DNA of 64,000 nucleotides from an uncultured cyanobacterium (GTDB lineage Bacteria; Cyanobacteriota; Cyanobacteriia; PCC-9006; JAAUQQ01): NCBI GenBank assembly GCA_963718615.1, contig OY970368.1, positions 2,752,001 to 2,816,000 of the forward strand, read 5' to 3'. Shown piece by piece: positions 58,928 to 64,000 of this stretch (position 1 is its first letter; each line of letters starts with the position of its first letter). The notes under the pieces were generated by a model. It saw only the letters and a program-made list of their open reading frames with translations, ran no database searches and was not told where the DNA came from. The position numbers and the translations under genes were made by a program.

Positions 58928-60901
58928 ATGGTTATGCCATTTTTGCAGCGCGTCTTGGGGCAACTCTTTGAATCGGCTCGATTTTTGGGGCCTTTGCGAT
59001 GGGAGATCGCTCTGGCAACGTTTCGCGGTTTGGCGAAAGTTTGGCCTCAGGCCGCCTGGATTCAGCGGGATTTGGGTCGAGCCTACACGGGCAAAGGAGA
59101 TCTAGGGGCAGCGGAGCAGGCCTGTCAGCGGGCGGTAGCCTTAACGCCGGAGGATCCTTGGGCCTATGTTGCCTTGGCCGAATGCCAAATGTACCAGAAC
59201 CGTTGGGACGAGGCCCTAGTGACCAGTCAGCAGGCGTTGCAGCTCGATCCCAGTTCCCCCTGGCTGCATCACACCTACGGCAAGGCGCTGTTGGGGGCTG
59301 AGCGTTACGAAGCGACGATCGCCGCCTGCCAAACGGCGCTGCAGCTCGACGATACGGTGTCTTGGTTTTACTACCACCAGGGAGAAGCCCTAACCAAGCT
59401 CTGTCGCTGGGAGGAGGCGATCGCCTGTCTAGAAAAATCCCTGGCGCTCAATGGCGGGTTTCCCTGGGCCAAGTTTTATTTGGGCAAAGCGCTGCTGGGG
59501 GTGGATCGCTATGGGGAGGCGATCGCCCTCTTCCAAGACGCTGAGCAGAGCCATCGGGACATGCCGGAGTTTGGCCATCTGCGCACCTATGCCCAGTTTC
59601 TCCAGGAGCAGGACGCGCGGATTGAAGACTATTTACAAGGACGGTTGCAGGCCAAGGCGACGATGGATGAGGCGGGCGATCGCCCCTTGGATGTGTTGAT
59701 GATTACGCCCTATCCCACCTATCCGCCGACCCTGGGCGCACTTACCCGTATGCACTATGAAGCCAGGGGGCTGGGCCAGCGCCATCGCTTGGTGGTGGCT
59801 TCGTTTATCTTTGCGCCGCAGGATACGGGCATTGTGGAAAACATGGCGGACTACTGCGATTTACCGATTGTGGTGCAGTTGGGAGATGCCTTGCCCCGTC
59901 AGCCGGACGAGCCCCATTTAATTCATAAATATAGTAGCGATCGCCTGCGTCGTATTCTCCAAAGGCTCGAACCCCTGGGGTTTGATCTAGTCACGTTCAA
60001 TTTCATTTACATGGCCCAATATGCGGAGTTGTTTCCTCGGGCTTTTCGGGTCTTGGAAGAACACAATATCGAGTCGAGTTTGCTCCAGCGGTTTGCAACG
60101 CTCAACCCCGAAAAAAATAAAGTAGACCAGCTACGGCGGGAGGCGGAGGCGGTGGAAGCCTTTGTGAACGCAGATCAGGAAACCCAGCGGCTAGCGGCCT
60201 ACGAAGATCGGCTTTGGCCCCAGTTTCCGCTGCGGACAGTGGTGAGTGCCCTAGACCAAGCAGAAATGGACCGCCGCTGTCCCCCAGGGGAAGATCGCGG
60301 AGAAACCTGGATTGTCCATAACGGCATTGATGTCCGCCAAACGCCGCTGCTCGAACCCATACCGGTCCGCAAACTCTTTTTCTTTGGCACGCTGAGTTAT
60401 TTTCCCAATATTGACGGGGCTTGCTATTTTGTCGAAGAAATTTTGCCCCTGATCTGGCGGCAGGCCCCCGAGCTCAAACTCTGCATTGCTGGGGCCGATC
60501 CGCCCCAAACCCTCTGGGATTATATGAAGGATCCCCGCATTGAGGTGATCGCCAATCCCGAGGACATGAATGCGGTGGCCCAAACCTGTAGCATTTCCGT
60601 CGTGCCCCTGCGGGTCGGCAGCGGTACCCGCATCAAGATTTTGCATGCCATGGCGCTGGGGCTACCGGTGGTCTCTACCCAGGTCGGGTGTGAAGGATTA
60701 GAGGCGGAAGATGGCGAGCATCTACTGATTCGCAACGAACCTGAACGTTTTGCCCAGGGGGTGGTGGCGCTCTATCGGGATGAGGCGCTGCGCCAACGGT
60801 TGCGGGAACAGGGGCGATCGCTCGTCGAGTCGCGCTACGACTGGCAGACGATTTACCAGGACTACGAAGCCAAACTGGTTAAGCGGGTTCGGACTCCCTG
60901 A
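58928..60901 (+). CDS. TPR-repeat plus GT4 glycosyltransferase fusion
   Basis: N-terminal TPRs, EHNIES, FFGTLSYFPN.DG, VVPLRVGSGTRIKILHAMA. Confidence 0.9.
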   Translation: MVMPFLQRVLGQLFESARFLGPLRWEIALATFRGLAKVWPQAAWIQRDLGRAYTGKGDLGAAEQACQRAVALTPEDPWAYVALAECQMYQNRWDEALVTSQQALQLDPSSPWLHHTYGKALLGAERYEATIAACQTALQLDDTVSWFYYHQGEALTKLCRWEEAIACLEKSLALNGGFPWAKFYLGKALLGVDRYGEAIALFQDAEQSHRDMPEFGHLRTYAQFLQEQDARIEDYLQGRLQAKATMDEAGDRPLDVLMITPYPTYPPTLGALTRMHYEARGLGQRHRLVVASFIFAPQDTGIVENMADYCDLPIVVQLGDALPRQPDEPHLIHKYSSDRLRRILQRLEPLGFDLVTFNFIYMAQYAELFPRAFRVLEEHNIESSLLQRFATLNPEKNKVDQLRREAEAVEAFVNADQETQRLAAYEDRLWPQFPLRTVVSALDQAEMDRRCPPGEDRGETWIVHNGIDVRQTPLLEPIPVRKLFFFGTLSYFPNIDGACYFVEEILPLIWRQAPELKLCIAGADPPQTLWDYMKDPRIEVIANPEDMNAVAQTCSISVVPLRVGSGTRIKILHAMALGLPVVSTQVGCEGLEAEDGEHLLIRNEPERFAQGVVALYRDEALRQRLREQGRSLVESRYDWQTIYQDYEAKLVKRVRTP

Positions 60902-62138
60902 ATCCAGCCCCTTCTACTGAATCCTGGGGGGCACCAGTAAAGCTGTTGGTTTCGGAGTCAGGGGGATAAACCCATTCGTAAGGCGGATGGATTAAACCCT
61001 GCACCACCGCTGTTCGTTTGACTGTGAGTTTATGGATCCGGTCTTTATACTCCAGGAGTTCAGTCCAGCCCTTGGACTGGACCCCGGCATGGACGTAATA
61101 TTGGCCGCCGTTGAGGTCGAGTCGCTCAATTTTGAGTTTAACGGTGCCACAACCGCGAACTTCACCCGTGGGAAATCCGGCATTTTTGGTGTTGGCCTCA
61201 AAGCAAACGGCCCCTTCCTCGTGGGTAATCCGAAAGGTAAAGATCGGTTCGCTGAGGATTTCAGTCGCTTCGTAGTCGATTTCCACATGGAGCGGTTCGC
61301 CACACTGGAGCGTCGTCCCAGGGATGAGGCGCACCTGGGTAATGCGAATGGCTGCACCTAATTGGGGCTCCCGTTGGGAGGGCAGGCGAGGTTTTTGATC
61401 CGGGTGCATTTGGGCCTCGTATTCCCGAATCACCGTTTTGGGGTCGCTAAAGGCGGCGATTTGGCCCCGCTTGAGTAGGAGGGCGCGATCGCACACCTCC
61501 AAGATCTGTTTCGGGCTTTGGGAAATCAAAATAATCGCACAGCCCTGATTGCGCAGCAGCTTGACGCGGTCCAGACATTTTTTCTGGAATCCAATATCGC
61601 CGACGGAGAGATGTTCATCCACCAACAGCACATCGGGCTGGGTGTGAATGGCAATAGCAAAGGCTAACCGCATGCGCATGCCGGTGCTGTAGGTGCGAAT
61701 GGGATTGTCAATAAAGGCTTCGAGCTCGGCAAACTCGACAATTTGCGACAGCTTGTCCTGGGCTTCCTGCCGGGTTAAGCCGGAGATTAAGGCCGTCACG
61801 ATCAGATTTTCTCGACCCGTGAGGTCTTCGTGGAAACCGGCTCCCAGATCGAGCAACGCCCCAATTTGGCCCTGCACCCGAATTTGGCCCTCGTCGGCGC
61901 GTCCAATACCGCCAATGAGCTGAAGCAGCGTCGATTTACCCGCGCCATTTTGACCCAAAATTCCGAGGATTTGGCCCCGCTCTACCGAAAAGCTGACATG
62001 GCGCAAGGCCCAAAAATGCTCCACCGCCCGCAAATTTTTGAGCCCAGACAGGGCTGCTTGCATGATCGTGCGGGGGCGATCGCTATGGTAGGCACTGTAG
62101 CGCTTCCCCAGGTCCTCAACGACAACCGCATCTCCCAT
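60879..62138 (-). CDS. wzt: Second polysaccharide ABC exporter ATPase with a Wzt C-terminal domain
   Basis: GQNGAGKST, TGREN, YSTGMRMRLAF, VDEHLSVGD. Confidence 0.92.
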   Translation of the reverse strand: MGDAVVVEDLGKRYSAYHSDRPRTIMQAALSGLKNLRAVEHFWALRHVSFSVERGQILGILGQNGAGKSTLLQLIGGIGRADEGQIRVQGQIGALLDLGAGFHEDLTGRENLIVTALISGLTRQEAQDKLSQIVEFAELEAFIDNPIRTYSTGMRMRLAFAIAIHTQPDVLLVDEHLSVGDIGFQKKCLDRVKLLRNQGCAIILISQSPKQILEVCDRALLLKRGQIAAFSDPKTVIREYEAQMHPDQKPRLPSQREPQLGAAIRITQVRLIPGTTLQCGEPLHVEIDYEATEILSEPIFTFRITHEEGAVCFEANTKNAGFPTGEVRGCGTVKLKIERLDLNGGQYYVHAGVQSKGWTELLEYKDRIHKLTVKRTAVVQGLIHPPYEWVYPPDSETNSFTGAPQDSVEGAGFRESEPA

Positions 62139-62951
62139 TTAAAGCTCCTCCACAAAACGTTCGCTCTGGCGCTGAAAAATCCAGTGGCCCAGGGGTAAGA
62201 GCAGGGCGATCGCCACCGCAATTGGTAAAAGGCTCCCCCAGTTAGGGGCCTGTCCCTTGAGTAAAATGTCTCGGTAGGCGGCGATTAAATGAACCATGGG
62301 ATTGAGATAAAAAATCTGCTGATAGCCAGCCGGAATCGTACCCACTTCATAAAAAACCCCCGATAGATAAAACAGCATCTGGAGCAACACCCCCAGGGTA
62401 TGCTGCGTATCTCGAAAGGTGACATTAATTGCGGCTAAGCCGTAGGCCAGACCCACCGTGAGAGCAAACTGAATCGTCATCAGGACTGGCAGGAGCAGGA
62501 GCAACGGTCCATGGAGCGTTACGCCGTCGATCCACAAAAATAAAATCAAAATTGGCAAGGACAGCAACAGGTGAATCAATCCCGTGGTCACGGTGACAAT
62601 GGGTAAAATCGCCACGGGAAACCCCGGCTGTCGAATCAGGGCTCGGTTGTAGACGATCGCCCCGGTGGCCTGGGTCAGCGCCGTCTGAAACCAGGTCCAA
62701 ACCAGCAGTCCGCTAAAAATAAATGACGAATAATGCTCCAAATTGGTCTGGAGCACCAGGCTAAAGACAAAGGCAAACACCGCCAGTTGCATCAGGGGAT
62801 TGAGCAGCATCCAGGCAATGCCTAGAAACGAGCGGTTGTAGAGCAATTTGATTTCTCGATCCACGAGTCCCAAGAGCAGATCAAGACGCTGGCGACTGCG
62901 TCGGCTGAGGGACAAACCGGTAGGGGGTTTGCGAATGGCTCTGAAATTCAT
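62139..62951 (-). CDS. wzm: Second polysaccharide ABC exporter permease
   Basis: REIKLLYNRSFLGIAW.LLNP, FRDTQH, LNPM. Abuts wzt. Confidence 0.92.
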   Translation of the reverse strand: MNFRAIRKPPTGLSLSRRSRQRLDLLLGLVDREIKLLYNRSFLGIAWMLLNPLMQLAVFAFVFSLVLQTNLEHYSSFIFSGLLVWTWFQTALTQATGAIVYNRALIRQPGFPVAILPIVTVTTGLIHLLLSLPILILFLWIDGVTLHGPLLLLLPVLMTIQFALTVGLAYGLAAINVTFRDTQHTLGVLLQMLFYLSGVFYEVGTIPAGYQQIFYLNPMVHLIAAYRDILLKGQAPNWGSLLPIAVAIALLLPLGHWIFQRQSERFVEEL

Positions 62952-63009
62952 GGCAATCTAATCAGCCCCATACTGGGTAGCCTATCCTCAGGATGCCCGA
63001 TGGAGACCG

Positions 63010-64000
63010 TTAATGGGTCACGAGGGAGGGCGAAGGGGATGAATCTTCGGTGGGAGCGGGGGCGATCGCCTCTCGTTCGGCCACAGGAATATAGGGGGCG
63101 CTGCGGCCCTGGCGTTGAACCGCTTGGTGCGATCGCCAGTAACCCCAAAATCCGCCGAGATATCCCGAGACTTCCGCGAGTAAAAAGGACCAGGGCACTG
63201 CATGTCGATGTTTGAGCCGGTCGATCCAGCGTTGTTTGAAATATTGGGGTAGGGATTGGAGGAGTTGGGTGCGGCCTCGGCGATCGCCATCCACGAGCCA
63301 GAGCATCAGATGGTAGGCGGTGCCGCCCATCATTTGACGATAAATCTGGTAGCGCAGTTCGGGGATCGTGCGGCGGTGGCGATGCCAGACAAAGGCGGAG
63401 GGTTGATAGACCAGGCGGTAACCGGCTTTGAGGATTTTGTAGATGAGATAATTTTCTTCACCGCCGCCCACCGGAGTTCCCGGCCCCAAAATCTCGGGCA
63501 TCAGGCCAATGTCAGGATGGCTAAAGACCGTGGCGCGGAAAGCCGAATTCGCCGAAACGCCCAAATCCCAAACCGGCGGCGAGTAGCTGTAGGAACTCAG
63601 CCAAGCGCCATCGGCTTCAAAGGGCTCAAAGCCTTCGCTCAGCCCACCATAGAGATCTTCGTAGAGCCGTTGGGCCTCGGTTTCCAGGGTTTTGGGCAGC
63701 ACATTCCCCGTGACTACCATGACCTCCGGTCGAGCCATGGGGGCAATCAGTTTTTCCAGCCAGTCTGCGGGGACGGTGACATCGTCATCAATGGTGACAA
63801 TAATTTCTCCGGTACTGGCACAACAGGCCGTATTCCGACCGTAGGAACCGCCCACCCGAGGCTCCGAGACCAACCGCACACCCGAAAATTCAGCCACTAC
63901 GGGCGGGGTCAGCCCCGAAGCGGGCCGGTTGTCCGCCACGATGATTTCCAGAGGGCGTTGGGTTTGCTGAGCCAGCAAATGGGTAAGGCAATGGCGCAGA
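63010..64000 (-). CDS. GT2 glycosyltransferase (start lies beyond the window)
   Basis: EIIVADN, GRN, TIDDD, GGGEE, VWHRH. The frame stays open to the window edge. Confidence 0.88.
   Translation of the reverse strand, partial: LRHCLTHLLAQQTQRPLEIIVADNRPASGLTPPVVAEFSGVRLVSEPRVGGSYGRNTACCASTGEIIVTIDDDVTVPADWLEKLIAPMARPEVMVVTGNVLPKTLETEAQRLYEDLYGGLSEGFEPFEADGAWLSSYSYSPPVWDLGVSANSAFRATVFSHPDIGLMPEILGPGTPVGGGEENYLIYKILKAGYRLVYQPSAFVWHRHRRTIPELRYQIYRQMMGGTAYHLMLWLVDGDRRGRTQLLQSLPQYFKQRWIDRLKHRHAVPWSFLLAEVSGYLGGFWGYWRSHQAVQRQGRSAPYIPVAEREAIAPAPTEDSSPSPSLVTH

Noticed and set aside
1-64000. Abundant GCGATCGC as a novel repeat
   Set aside because: This is the well-known cyanobacterial HIP1. It was used here only as a marker of native versus foreign DNA.

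Overview
This is a cyanobacterial chromosomal window: the HIP1 octamer GCGATCGC is abundant and the gene families are typical (Uma2, CHAT, DUF928, pentapeptide, PatA). From left to right it holds: (1) a peptide ABC ATPase; (2) a divergent cluster of HTH-AAA_35, AAA_35-CHASE2, a filamentous-haemagglutinin-like exoprotein and a secreted TPR-CHAT protease, whose usual partner DUF928 lies 11 kb away; (3) an AT-rich, HIP1-poor island (about 12.1-23.3 kb) between CHAT and DUF928; (4) housekeeping genes; (5) a porin-TPR-bcsB-bcsA cellulose synthase cluster followed on the same strand by a patA-cheY-cheW-MCP(DXCF GAF)-cheA phototaxis-like cluster; (6) tRNA-Ala(GGC) and a VapBC-type toxin-antitoxin pair; (7) two Wzm/Wzt glycan export loci with glycosyltransferases. 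The island carries an IS21 element, an IS256 remnant, several MITEs, a duplicated Uma2/promoter block and unusual cargo. That cargo is a protein with four Nif11-like repeats plus 11-residue tandem repeats, a truncated M35-like peptidase, and two clearly paralogous long helical proteins resembling a bipartite ClyA/XaxAB-like pore-forming toxin. The toxin-like pair and the AAA_35/CHASE2/CHAT/FHA/DUF928 module are the best candidates for undescribed systems. All family calls come from motif recognition by eye, not from database searches.
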